64,000 bases of DNA, from NCBI GenBank assembly GCA_009776445.1, contig WRNV01000004.1:427-64426 (forward strand). Reading direction: 5' to 3'. The notes beneath the pieces are model-generated. The model was not told the DNA's origin, did not search any database, and worked only from the letters and a program-made list of their open reading frames with translations. A program made the translations under genes and the position numbers. This stretch comes from Oscillospiraceae bacterium. GTDB taxonomy: Bacteria; Bacillota; Clostridia; Oscillospirales; Oscillospiraceae. Below are positions 36,054 through 45,500 of this stretch, piece by piece. Every line of letters starts with the position of its first letter. Position 1 is the first letter of the stretch.

Positions 36054-36226
36054 TATGCAATTTTTTGCGCTAATTCATTTACATTGTAATACTTTTTGCT
36101 TTCCAATCCGATTTTCTCGCACTTTTATAGTGATAATCTACACTTAGCTCACATCGTTGAAAAACTAATCTTGATGAATTTTGTTAATATTTTTCAGTTT
36201 TTCCATGGCGTCCACTGTGTACCGCC

Positions 36227-36261
36227 CCCAAATGGGCGCATAAAACGGCGCCCCATTTGGG
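36227..36261 (-). terminator. Hairpin downstream of tRNA-Leu
   Basis: CCCAAATGGGCGC-loop-GCGCCCCATTTGGG (13 bp, one bulge). No clear U-tract. Confidence 0.35.
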
Positions 36262-36283
36262 TTTGTGTATGAATGAAAATTCA

Positions 36284-36368
36284 TGGTGCCGGTGGTCGGA
36301 CTCGAACCGACACGTCCAGAGGACACGTGATTTTGAGTCACGCACGTCTACCATTCCATCACACCGGC
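36284..36368 (-). tRNA. tRNA-Leu(CAA): tRNA-Leu (anticodon CAA), CCA encoded
   Basis: The reverse complement folds as a cloverleaf. Acceptor GCCGGTG/CACCGGC. Anticodon arm CGTGA-CTCAAAA-TCACG. Long variable arm GTCC-TCT-GGAC. T-arm GTCGG-TTCGAGT-CCGAC. Discriminator A plus CCA. Confidence 0.92.
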
Positions 36369-36453
36369 GCACCGACGACCATTATAGTATAGTCCCGTCG
36401 CCATTTCAAGCCTTTTTATCTTTGAATAATATTATATTAATGTTACATGGCTA

Positions 36454-36587
36454 CTGTTCAGTGGGTGTCCAAAAACTCGCAATGGTTACAGGCTCCGCAC
36501 AAAAGTTTTGACAATTGTACAAGTTTCCACCGCAGTACCAGTGCGTTGCCTGTAACCAACCTGTGTTTTTGGATGCCCACTGAACAG
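36454..36587 (+). repeat. 134-nt nested-hairpin element, copy B
   Basis: Near-perfect 21-bp terminal stem (GTTCAGTGGGTGTCCAAAAAC / GTTTTTGGATGCCCACTGAAC). The inner stem GGTTACAGGC/GCCTGTAACC shows a compensatory change relative to copy A. Confidence 0.85.
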
Positions 36588-36615
36588 TTACGTTACATGT
36601 TACTGTTGAGGGGAG

Positions 36616-36654
36616 AAGAGCCGCGTTGAGTTATTATTCTCAAACGCGGCTCTT
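36616..36654. terminator. Strong hairpin downstream of the 802-aa dockerin gene
   Basis: AAGAGCCGCGTTGAG-loop-CTCAAACGCGGCTCTT (15-16 bp). The T-tract is weak on both strands. Confidence 0.5.
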
Positions 36655-36747
36655 GTCAGTTTATACTATAACTTAATATTATCGTTTTGAGTATTCCTTA
36701 CATTCCGTGTTCTTTCATTTGTTAGCAAATGCTAAACCACGCGTTAA

Positions 36748-39156
36748 CTAATAATTGTAGTTAACTGTATCCCCTCCTGCATAATCTAAAACGCTTTTGT
36801 TCCAGTTCGCGAAAACTATCAGCGTATCTCCAACACCGTTTGTTATATATCCATCGGCATTGAGATCGCATTCAGGGAGATAATACCCGTTGTAAATACT
36901 GCCTGAGCGATCAATGAAATACTGGATCGCCAACTGATCCTCGTTGTCAACCCGTAAGTCGTCAGTACAATCGCCAGGTATGAGATTGAATATTCCTCCA
37001 TCGTCGGTTCCCGGCGGCACTAGCTCCACTGTGGGCGGGCTGGACGCCGATATCGTTACGCTCAAGCACCTGACCAGGTAACCAGGACGCTTGATATACA
37101 GCACATAAGTGCCAAACGGGACATTGGTAAGAGTGAATTCGCCAAGGCCCGCATTGCCGGTTCCTGAGATCAATTGCGCGCTGACGCTCATCCCAGGCGC
37201 GGCTGGGGTTCTGAACGTTGGCCTTAGCTGGACGGATATGCCATGCATTTGCCGGAATCCCGCCACTAAATCATAAGTGAGCATCGGGTAAACATATCCA
37301 TGGACTGTCCGGGTCTGCGGGGGAGGGGTCGGGGTAGGAGTCGGAGTCGGAGTCGGGGTCGGGGTTGCTTCGAATATAGCGGAGTCTACCCAAAGCGCCG
37401 GGTAAATAAGCCCGCGGCAAGCGGTTACGTCTTTATCTACTACGCATTGGAAAGCGCATCCGTTGCCGTATCCCGTATAGGTAAGGAATCCTGCGGTATC
37501 AAGAGAATCTCCAGGAGAGCGCAGCCAAGCGCCGTATATAGCAATATTGGGGATATTTATCCTGTTGTAATTTGCCTGTGCGATGGCGTTACTGGGAATA
37601 GGCGCGTTTTCTGGGATTCTATTGAAATGCGTTATGGAGCAGAAATTAGCCGCTTCGCTAAAGCTTAGCAGGAAAGCTACGTCGTTCCCTGTGGAAGCGT
37701 GTATGGCGCTCGGCTTGCTGAAACCGTCAGTCATCGAAGGAGTGTTCCAACTAGAGGACGTACCAACAACAGAGAGCGCGTCGTTTATCATAGTATAGCT
37801 GCGCATCCTGGCGCCAAGGGGCAGGTTATCAGCCGCGCCGGGTGCAAGTGAATTGAACCAAGTGTTGAGTTTCAAGCGCGCTGAAGAGTTCACGTAGTAG
37901 CATCTTCTATCAGCTGCTTTTTCAAAATCGACAATTTGCCACGTCGGGCTTCCATAGTATACGCTGTTGGAATTAATATTGATGAAATTAGTGCGGAATA
38001 TCAGCGAATAGTTGCCATAGCGCGCGATCTCGATCCAGTTGACACAGTCTCCGCTTAAATTCGGAGTTAACACCCTACCAACCACGCCTTCAGAACACCC
38101 TGGAGGCGGTGGCGGCGGTGGCGGCTGCGTTGGTACTGGACAGTACTCCCACACTGCGTACAGCGTTATATTGCTGCTCACGTAAATGCTTGCGCCCGGC
38201 TGATACTGCGCGGAAGTCGCATAGTATGTCGTCGCCCAACCCTTGAAAGTGTATGAGGAACGGCTGGGGATCACGCTGCTGATGGTGGCGTAAGTATTCG
38301 CGGCTACCGATTGCGGCGGAGGCGCGCCTGTGCCGCCATTGGCGTCGTATGAAAGCGTGCACGTGGATCCTGAGCTAAATATGCCGGAGCCGACCCACAT
38401 AGCCGGGCGGTAGTGGCCGTACCAGCCCATTGTGGTATCCTGGTTCACGCGGCCGCAAGCCTGTGCGTACGTGTAAGGAGCGCCGGTCCAACCCGCGCCC
38501 CCTTGGAAGGTAACGCTGCCTGCATAAAGGTAAGAACTTCCCGGAGTTCTGAGCCAGTAAGCCGCATCGAGATTATTGTTTGTGTTTGGCAACAATTTGT
38601 GGTAGTTGCTGTACGCTATGTTGGAACTATTGGTAACCGTTGCGCTATTCGGCATATACTGCGTAGAGCAGTAGTAGGCTGCCTCGCAGAAGCTAAGGGC
38701 AAAGGCCACGTCATTGCCCGTCGGCGCCGCAATCCCATTGGGTAGGCTCATCCCATCCACATAGGACGTCCCGTAGCTGCCCAAACTATTGAGCGCGTTA
38801 TTTCCAACGGCGAAACTACGAAGCCTGGCCGAGCTTCCCAATGTGCTGTTGTACCATGTGTTGATCCCACTACGCAATAATGAGCTGTAATACTGGTTGT
38901 CAAGTACCGAGTTGAACCAAGTGAGGCTGCTTGTTATTGGCGTTTGCCGGATAATCAGGGAATAGTTTCCGTATTGGGCGATTTCGATCCAGTTTGATGA
39001 GTCTCCGGCTTCTGCTGCTGTTAGCGTCCTACCGGCTACGGGGGTAGGGTCGTTGGCCGCCACTATCATGCTGGCCTGCGGCAGTGCCGTTACGAACAGA
39101 GCAATGAGCAAGAGTATTGATACCAGTTTTCTTGTGTGTTTCAGCATTTCTTTCAC
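36748..39156 (-). CDS. Dockerin-bearing secreted protein with two W-x-LRSPG/RPALW-type domains (DUF6273-like) and one Listeria-Bacteroides repeat
   Basis: Signal peptide. Duplicated NWIEIA.YGNYSLI...DVAF.LSF.EA...WLR(T/S)PG...PA(M/L)WV modules. TLSYDANGGTG...YTFKGW...LYAVW. (TP)n linker. CarboxypepD_reg-like region. C-terminal PGDCTDDLRVDNEDQLAI...CDLNADGYITNGVGDTLIV dockerin. GTG 39156 or ATG 39147 as start. Confidence 0.8.
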   Translation of the reverse strand: MKEMLKHTRKLVSILLLIALFVTALPQASMIVAANDPTPVAGRTLTAAEAGDSSNWIEIAQYGNYSLIIRQTPITSSLTWFNSVLDNQYYSSLLRSGINTWYNSTLGSSARLRSFAVGNNALNSLGSYGTSYVDGMSLPNGIAAPTGNDVAFALSFCEAAYYCSTQYMPNSATVTNSSNIAYSNYHKLLPNTNNNLDAAYWLRTPGSSYLYAGSVTFQGGAGWTGAPYTYAQACGRVNQDTTMGWYGHYRPAMWVGSGIFSSGSTCTLSYDANGGTGAPPPQSVAANTYATISSVIPSRSSYTFKGWATTYYATSAQYQPGASIYVSSNITLYAVWEYCPVPTQPPPPPPPPGCSEGVVGRVLTPNLSGDCVNWIEIARYGNYSLIFRTNFININSNSVYYGSPTWQIVDFEKAADRRCYYVNSSARLKLNTWFNSLAPGAADNLPLGARMRSYTMINDALSVVGTSSSWNTPSMTDGFSKPSAIHASTGNDVAFLLSFSEAANFCSITHFNRIPENAPIPSNAIAQANYNRINIPNIAIYGAWLRSPGDSLDTAGFLTYTGYGNGCAFQCVVDKDVTACRGLIYPALWVDSAIFEATPTPTPTPTPTPTPPPQTRTVHGYVYPMLTYDLVAGFRQMHGISVQLRPTFRTPAAPGMSVSAQLISGTGNAGLGEFTLTNVPFGTYVLYIKRPGYLVRCLSVTISASSPPTVELVPPGTDDGGIFNLIPGDCTDDLRVDNEDQLAIQYFIDRSGSIYNGYYLPECDLNADGYITNGVGDTLIVFANWNKSVLDYAGGDTVNYNY

Positions 39157-39800
39157 TTTCTTTCATTATATTTTGTGGTTTGACGCTACAATTCCATGCC
39201 TATTCATTCTTATAGAATAATTGCCAAGGGCTGAGTCAGTTCCCAAAGCTCATTTGATGATGTTACCGGACTGGTGGACAGCGCGTTTCGCGCGTTTGTC
39301 ATTGAAAATAAAAAATCTGACGCGGGCTGCGCCTGCAACCCGACGCGCGGCGCCAAGAGTTAAAATTCAGGAATTATAATTTTGTTTGTATTATCTTCCA
39401 TGTTGTTGATATTCTACTATTTTAGTCCATTTAAACGTCTCCCATCACCCCTCCTTTCCTTCAATACGCTCAGTCCTGTTTTTTCCATTCCGCAACGCAG
39501 TTTTTATATTTGAGTTTTGACTTCCAGCGGGTTCTGACTCATCAAAACGCTATATCAATATATAGACTTATTTAGTCCATTTATAATTTACAAAACACTT
39601 TAGATCAGATTTACTCAAACGCCGCCGTAATGATATTCGGCTGGCGCGCGGATTATATTGGTTGATTAAGGAACTGTTCATAAAAAAACGAGAAGTCTTG
39701 TAACCCTCTCCCCTATTCTGATTCCTGTCTTCCGACTCCTAATTCCTGATTTCTTTTTACTGTCGCTGCGCATTGGGACATTGGTAAAACCCACCCTAGT

Positions 39801-39840
39801 ATAGTAATACATATTTCTGCTTTTGTAATTACACATTTGA
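39801..39840 (-). promoter_or_regulatory. Shared promoter/operator motif, copy 3
   Basis: The - strand reads TCAAATGTGTAATTACA-N17-TACTAT, about 650 nt upstream of the 802-aa gene. Confidence 0.4.
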
Positions 39841-39989
39841 TTGTGCAATTTTTCGTGTTATTGCACGCTATATGTCAGGCATTTTAGGCACTGATCCATA
39901 ATCCTCTTACTTTAGTGATGATATTCTACAATCAAAACACACCGTTTTAATTCTATTCTTGATAATTTTTATCTGTTTTTACCTATCAG

Positions 39990-41849
39990 CTACACTGCCG
40001 CAGCTGGCTCGAATTGACTATTGTACAGCTCTGCGTAGAAACCGCCTTTTGCTATCAACTCGCTGTGGTTTCCACTTTCCACTATATCGCCGTCTCGCAT
40101 CACCAGGATGATGTCGGCGTTTCTTATTGTCGATAGCCTGTGCGCTATTACGAACGAAGTCCTGCCAGCCGTCAGCATGTCCATGGCACGCTGCACCAAT
40201 GCTTCCGTGCGCGTATCTACTGAGCTTGTCGCCTCGTCGAGGATCAGCAAAGGAGAATTCTCAATCATTGCGCGGGCAATCGTCAGCAATTGCTTTTGAC
40301 CAGCCGACAGGTTCACGTTTTCCCCCAATACGGTGTCGTACCCGTGCGGCAGCGTCTTGATGAAATGATGCATCCCAACGGCTTTGCAAGCGCTTTTAAT
40401 TTCCTCGTCCGTGACGCCTTTCTTGCTGTAAGCGACGTTTTCCTTTATCGTACCCTCAAAAAGCCACGTATCCTGTAACACCATGCAAAACAGCGAATGT
40501 ACGTTAGCGCGTGATAGCGTCGATATTGGTATGCCATCTATCCTGATTTCGCCGCCGCCGGTTTCATAAAAACGCATTAGTAGATTAACAATCGTCGTTT
40601 TTCCGGCGCCTGTCGGCCCAACGATCGCCACTTTCTTCCCTTTCTCTATGAGCGCGGAAAAATTCTTGATGATCGTCCTGTCTGGGTCGTATCCAAAGAC
40701 GACATTGCTAAACTCGACGTCGCCCTTTACCTTATTTAGAACACTTAGTGACCCTTCCTCTTTTGCCATATCCTTTTCCTCAAGGAACTCGAAAACGCGC
40801 TCGGCGGCTGCAGCGGCGGATTGCAGCGCCGTCATTCCCTGTGCTATCTGATTGAGCGGTTGGGTGAAGGTCCTTATATACATCATAAACGCGACGATGA
40901 CGCCAAACAGTATTTTCCCGTTCATGCTCAGCAACGCGCCAACAATACAGACCGATACGTACCCAAAATTACCGATAAAATGCATAATGGGCATCATCAG
41001 CCCGGATAGGAATTGCGATTTCCAATTGCTTTCATAAAGCGCCTCGTTTATCCTGTCAAATTCTAGTAGAGCCGCGCCCTCTCCGTTATACGCCTTTACG
41101 ACGTTATGGCCTGAGTAGATTTCCTCAATGTGGCCGTTCATCTCGCCAAGGTTCTTCTGATTACTCGAAAAGAATATATGCGAGCGCTTCATTATAAACC
41201 GCATCATCACAAACCCTGCCGCTGTCGCCACAACGGCTGTCGCGGCCATAGTAATATTTGTTATTACCATCAGGAGAAGCGAGCCTACGAGTAAAGTGAT
41301 CGACATGACAAGCAACCCGACGCTTTGGTTCATCGCCACTGATATTGTGTCAACATCGTTCGTTACGCGGCTGAGTATATCGCCGTAAGCAGTCGAGTCG
41401 AAATACTTCAGCGGAAGCCTATTGATTTTTTGCGAAATTTCTGTCCTTAATTTTTGAGAAAATCGCTGAGTTGAGGTCGCCATTATGAAACCTTGCGCGT
41501 ATGTAAGCAGGGCGCCGCCCAAGTAAAGGATGAGAAGTGTCACGGAAATCCTTACTATGCTGTCAAGGTCAATTCCCCGCTCAAAGCCAGCCGTAATGAT
41601 ATCCGTGATTTTCATAAGTTGTGATGGCCCCACCAAAGCTGCCGCCGCGCCTATAATAGAGCATATCATAGCCACAATGAGCGCCGGCAAGTGCTTGCGC
41701 GCGTGTTTGGCGAGTTTCCCTATCGATGCCGCAAAATCCTTCGGCTTTTCCGCCCCCGGATCCATACCGCGCGCCCTTCCTCCCATCCTACCGCGTATGG
41801 GCTGTTTGGCGGCTTGCCCAAGTTCGTCGTTATGATTTCTGTCACTCAT
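39990..41849 (-). CDS. ABC exporter, fused permease/ATPase (type I MDR-like), subunit 2
   Basis: Six TM helices followed by Walker A GPTGAGKTT, signature LSAGQKQ and Walker B LLILDEAT. The ATG at 41849 overlaps the upstream stop by 8 nt (the ORF is open to 41957). Confidence 0.85.
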   Translation of the reverse strand: MSDRNHNDELGQAAKQPIRGRMGGRARGMDPGAEKPKDFAASIGKLAKHARKHLPALIVAMICSIIGAAAALVGPSQLMKITDIITAGFERGIDLDSIVRISVTLLILYLGGALLTYAQGFIMATSTQRFSQKLRTEISQKINRLPLKYFDSTAYGDILSRVTNDVDTISVAMNQSVGLLVMSITLLVGSLLLMVITNITMAATAVVATAAGFVMMRFIMKRSHIFFSSNQKNLGEMNGHIEEIYSGHNVVKAYNGEGAALLEFDRINEALYESNWKSQFLSGLMMPIMHFIGNFGYVSVCIVGALLSMNGKILFGVIVAFMMYIRTFTQPLNQIAQGMTALQSAAAAAERVFEFLEEKDMAKEEGSLSVLNKVKGDVEFSNVVFGYDPDRTIIKNFSALIEKGKKVAIVGPTGAGKTTIVNLLMRFYETGGGEIRIDGIPISTLSRANVHSLFCMVLQDTWLFEGTIKENVAYSKKGVTDEEIKSACKAVGMHHFIKTLPHGYDTVLGENVNLSAGQKQLLTIARAMIENSPLLILDEATSSVDTRTEALVQRAMDMLTAGRTSFVIAHRLSTIRNADIILVMRDGDIVESGNHSELIAKGGFYAELYNSQFEPAAAV

Positions 41850-43608
41850 GACCAAGCTCCTCCTTTGATAATTGAGAATACGCAATTTCCTGATATACCG
41901 CGCAAGTTTCCATAAGCTCGCTGTGCGTACCCATCCCGACAAGCTCGCCTTCATCAAGTACGACGATACGATCCGCGTCGCGTATCGTACCGATACGCTG
42001 CGCCACGATCAGGTTCGTCGCGCCCGCCGTCTCACGCCTCAGCGCGGATCGGAGTTCCCTGTCGGTTCTGAAGTCCAGTGCGGAAAATGTATCATCAAAA
42101 ATGTAGATCTCAGGTTTTCTGCAAATCGCGCGCGCAATCGCCAGACGCTGCTTCTGGCCGCCGGACACGTTTGTGCCACCCTGCGCTATATGGGCGCCGT
42201 ATCCGTCTTCCATCTCCTCCACAAATTCATCCGCCTGCGCTACTCGGACGGCGCGCTTTATGTCCTTTTCATCCGCCGGACGCTTGCCGTTTTCCCCGAA
42301 GGCGACATTTGACGACACCGTTCCCCTGAATAGCACCGCTCTTTGCGGGATATATCCAAGTCTGTCACGCAGCGCGCTCTGCGCGTAATCCTTCACGTCG
42401 ACGCCGTCAATGAGTACTTGTCCTTCCGTCGCATCATAAAAGCGCGGTATGAGGTTTATAAGCGTCGATTTCCCACTACCTGTCGAGCCAATGAACGCTA
42501 CAGTCTCGCCGCGCTTCGCTTTGAAGCTGATATCGCGCAGCACGTATTCCTCGGCGTCTGGATATTTAAAGCTGACGCGCCTGAACTCTACTTCCCCGGC
42601 GACGTTTCCCCCCGGTCCCGTGAGTCCCTTCCCGTCGAGTATCTTAGGCTCTGTATCTAGCACTTCGTTTACGCGGTTTACAGACACCATTACGCGCGGC
42701 AGCATGATGAATACTATAGTAAGCATCATTAGCGACATGATGACTTGCATAGCGTATTGCGAGAATACAACCATATCAGAAAATATCTGAATTTTATCCA
42801 TTAGTTGAGCCGCGTCGATGAGAAACGCCCCGATCCAGAATATGCCGAGCGACAACCCGGTCATTACCAGCCGCATGACAGGATTCATTATTTGCATAGC
42901 GCGGTTTACCTGGAGGCTGTTAGTGGTGAAGTCGGAATTTGCTTCTTCGAACTTCGCTTCCTGGTAACTCTCCGCGTTATATGCCCTGACGACGCGTATG
43001 CCCGTTAAGTTTTCTCTCGTCACGCGATTAAGGTTGTCTGTCAGCGTTTGTATCTTACGAAACCGAGGCATCGCGTATGCCATGAGCGTCAGTATTACTA
43101 TTATAATGAAGGCTACAAACCCTCCCGTCAGCACCGTCCACTCCCAATTCTTCGTTGATATCTTTCCGATTGCCCACACAGCCATGATTGGCGCTCTGAT
43201 TACTACCTGCAACCCAATCGCAACAATTAGCTGTATCTGCGTTATGTCGTTTGTAGTGCGTGTTATCAGACTGGCTGTCGAGAAACCGCTGATCTCCTCC
43301 ATTGAAAAGCTCTCTACGCGCCGGAAAACATCGCCTCGCAGCCTGTGGGAAAACGCCGCAGCCACTTTCGACGCGAAATAACCGACGATTACCGCCGTCG
43401 CTACGCTGCCAATCGCGCAAAGCATCATCTTTCCGCCCTCTACCATGACATCGCCAACCGTCCCGCCTGGACTTGAAACAATTCTGGTAACGGACGCCAT
43501 ATAGTCTGGGACACGCAGGTCGAGCCATACCTGCGCCACGACAAAAACAAGGCTGGCGCATATCATAAACCACCCTTGTGCTCCTAATCGTTTTAATAGT
43601 TTAAACAT
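41842..43608 (-). CDS. ABC exporter, fused permease/ATPase, subunit 1
   Basis: ATG 43608 follows GGAGCAGTGATT. Walker A GSTGSGKST, signature VSGGQKQR, Walker B IYIFDDTFS. Confidence 0.85.
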   Translation of the reverse strand: MFKLLKRLGAQGWFMICASLVFVVAQVWLDLRVPDYMASVTRIVSSPGGTVGDVMVEGGKMMLCAIGSVATAVIVGYFASKVAAAFSHRLRGDVFRRVESFSMEEISGFSTASLITRTTNDITQIQLIVAIGLQVVIRAPIMAVWAIGKISTKNWEWTVLTGGFVAFIIIVILTLMAYAMPRFRKIQTLTDNLNRVTRENLTGIRVVRAYNAESYQEAKFEEANSDFTTNSLQVNRAMQIMNPVMRLVMTGLSLGIFWIGAFLIDAAQLMDKIQIFSDMVVFSQYAMQVIMSLMMLTIVFIMLPRVMVSVNRVNEVLDTEPKILDGKGLTGPGGNVAGEVEFRRVSFKYPDAEEYVLRDISFKAKRGETVAFIGSTGSGKSTLINLIPRFYDATEGQVLIDGVDVKDYAQSALRDRLGYIPQRAVLFRGTVSSNVAFGENGKRPADEKDIKRAVRVAQADEFVEEMEDGYGAHIAQGGTNVSGGQKQRLAIARAICRKPEIYIFDDTFSALDFRTDRELRSALRRETAGATNLIVAQRIGTIRDADRIVVLDEGELVGMGTHSELMETCAVYQEIAYSQLSKEELGHE

Positions 43609-43688
43609 AATCACTGCTCCTTGTACATTTCTTCCACATAATGCTTTACCAGACAATCATTAAAATGTCAATGAACAAAATGTAAAAC

Positions 43689-43719
43689 CTATAAAAGTTG
43701 GGCTGCTTTCGCAGCCCAA
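43689..43719 (-). terminator. Intrinsic terminator of the pilus operon
   Basis: On the - strand: TTGGGCTGC-GAAA-GCAGCCCAA (9-bp stem, tetraloop) followed by CTTTTAT. Confidence 0.65.
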
Positions 43720-43814
43720 GGGGTTAGGGGGGCAGGGATAGGGAAAGGGGTTATTAAAAGTGGGGGAATAAGCATACTAGTTATTTATTTGGATTAATTT
43801 TATCCACTAAGTCT

Positions 43815-44540
43815 TCAATATTTTACTTCAGCGAAACGCACCAACCTACGCCTAGTCCTATCTTTTTCACATGTAAGTAAGGTTATATCCCACCCATCGC
43901 CAGCCTGTACAGCCTCCTCTTCGCTTTTGTGGCACTCATCGAAACCGATCATCCTGTACCGGAACGTCTCTGCTTCCCTTGTCGTAAATAATATCTCGTC
44001 GCCTTCTTCAAGGGATTTGATTAACCCAAAATGGCTCTTCAGGTTATGACCGGCTATAACCAGGCGAATGGGTTTTTCTTCTACGCGTCCTGAATATCTG
44101 CAAACCGAAATATTCAGTAGCGCTGCTATGCTTCTGTCCAATACCGGCAGTTTCTTATTTAGTTTTGGTATTTCAATCACGCCAATAACGCTATATTCAA
44201 GCGTGACTACCGATTCACTGGTTGCTTCTTCGGTCTCTTCTTCGATCTCTTCTATATTTCCATTATTATCTATAACTTCGTTTTCAATTTGGCTGTTATA
44301 TTTCCGCGCCTCTTCTTCGTTTTCCAGCGCTTCAGCTGACAGTATCTGCGCGGGAAAGTACAAATCCGGATCGCTTATATCCGTCAGATCCCACACATCA
44401 TCCATCACCTGCCGCAAGACGCTTTCCGCCCGCTGGCCCGCTAGAAAATCGTCTACTCGGCTGTAAATGAGCAACCCGCCCGCTGTAAGAAGAAGAACAA
44501 TTCCAGCACATATCAATACCCAAGGCGTCGCTTTTTTCAT
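43815..44540 (-). CDS. Sortase (second, non-class-C sortase of the locus)
   Basis: N-terminal TM. LVIAGHN (catalytic His). ITLLTC (TLxTC Cys). Downstream RRLVRF Arg. Confidence 0.8.
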   Translation of the reverse strand: MKKATPWVLICAGIVLLLTAGGLLIYSRVDDFLAGQRAESVLRQVMDDVWDLTDISDPDLYFPAQILSAEALENEEEARKYNSQIENEVIDNNGNIEEIEEETEEATSESVVTLEYSVIGVIEIPKLNKKLPVLDRSIAALLNISVCRYSGRVEEKPIRLVIAGHNLKSHFGLIKSLEEGDEILFTTREAETFRYRMIGFDECHKSEEEAVQAGDGWDITLLTCEKDRTRRRLVRFAEVKY

Positions 44541-44543
44541 CGA

Positions 44544-45500
44544 TCAGCTCCTCTGATCGCGCCTTTTCTGTAAGATAATGCCTATCAATAGGAGCAATAC
44601 GCCAAAGGATGTCAGCAAAATGATGATGAGGTTCCAATCAATAACGCCTGTTTGCGGCAATCGTCCAGGCTTATCGCCATCTGGCGGAAAATCCGTAGTC
44701 GGGACGTCGGGATTATCAATATCTGTATCACCACTAGGAGTCGGCGTCCCACCCGCGCCTGGGGTCAGTGTTGGCTGATACGCGCCAAGCGACGGAGTCG
44801 GCGTTACATCTGCCCCTGGAGTTGGAGAAGTAGGCGGGCCGCTGGGAGTCGGCGTCGGTGATACATTTGCACCTGGAGTAGGAGAAGCCGGCGGACCGCT
44901 GGGAGTCGGCGTTAGAGATGGCAACGGCGTCGGGGTAGGCGTAGGGCGCTGCTGTATTGTGTGATGTTCAACTTTCGGCAAAACTTCAGTCGTCTCGACT
45001 CCTTCCCTTCCAATAGCTACTAGTGAAGGTAAAAAAGTATAATAACTGCCAGCGCCACTGCTAGGATTCATTTGCATTACAAGGTAATACCCATGTTCCA
45101 GATTATCAAATATCGTTCTTCCATTATCGTCCGAGGTTCCGTAAATCCTCCTGATGCCTCTGTTTGTTACGTAATCGCTAAGCGCCCTCGCAAGCTCCCT
45201 TAATTCACCATCATATATGTCCATATATTGGGGCCAGTTATATGGAAAATCATCAAACTCCGGAGATATAAGGTCAAACCTCAGCCGCCCGCCACTTTGC
45301 ACATATATGGTCGCTACTCGGCAGACGCCGATCTGCATACCGCGTATTGGAGTTGTATCATCCTCCAGTATTACCGTCATCCGTTGGTCTCCATGCTCGA
45401 AGTCGTCTAATGCCAAAGCGTTAAATACCTGCGTCGCTAAACACACGAGAGCTATTATGACCAATACTATTGAAAGCGGTTTTTTTATCGCCTTTTTCAT
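44544..45500 (-). CDS. Minor/basal pilin-like LPXTG protein with a Pro/Thr-rich stalk
   Basis: Signal peptide. Cna-B-like NGRTIFDNLEHGYYLVMQ. PTPTP-rich region. LPQTG plus TM plus KRRDQRS tail. Confidence 0.7.
   Translation of the reverse strand: MKKAIKKPLSIVLVIIALVCLATQVFNALALDDFEHGDQRMTVILEDDTTPIRGMQIGVCRVATIYVQSGGRLRFDLISPEFDDFPYNWPQYMDIYDGELRELARALSDYVTNRGIRRIYGTSDDNGRTIFDNLEHGYYLVMQMNPSSGAGSYYTFLPSLVAIGREGVETTEVLPKVEHHTIQQRPTPTPTPLPSLTPTPSGPPASPTPGANVSPTPTPSGPPTSPTPGADVTPTPSLGAYQPTLTPGAGGTPTPSGDTDIDNPDVPTTDFPPDGDKPGRLPQTGVIDWNLIIILLTSFGVLLLLIGIILQKRRDQRS

Noticed and set aside
36184-36372. 62-aa - strand ORF
   Set aside because: It coincides with the tRNA-Leu gene and its downstream hairpin.
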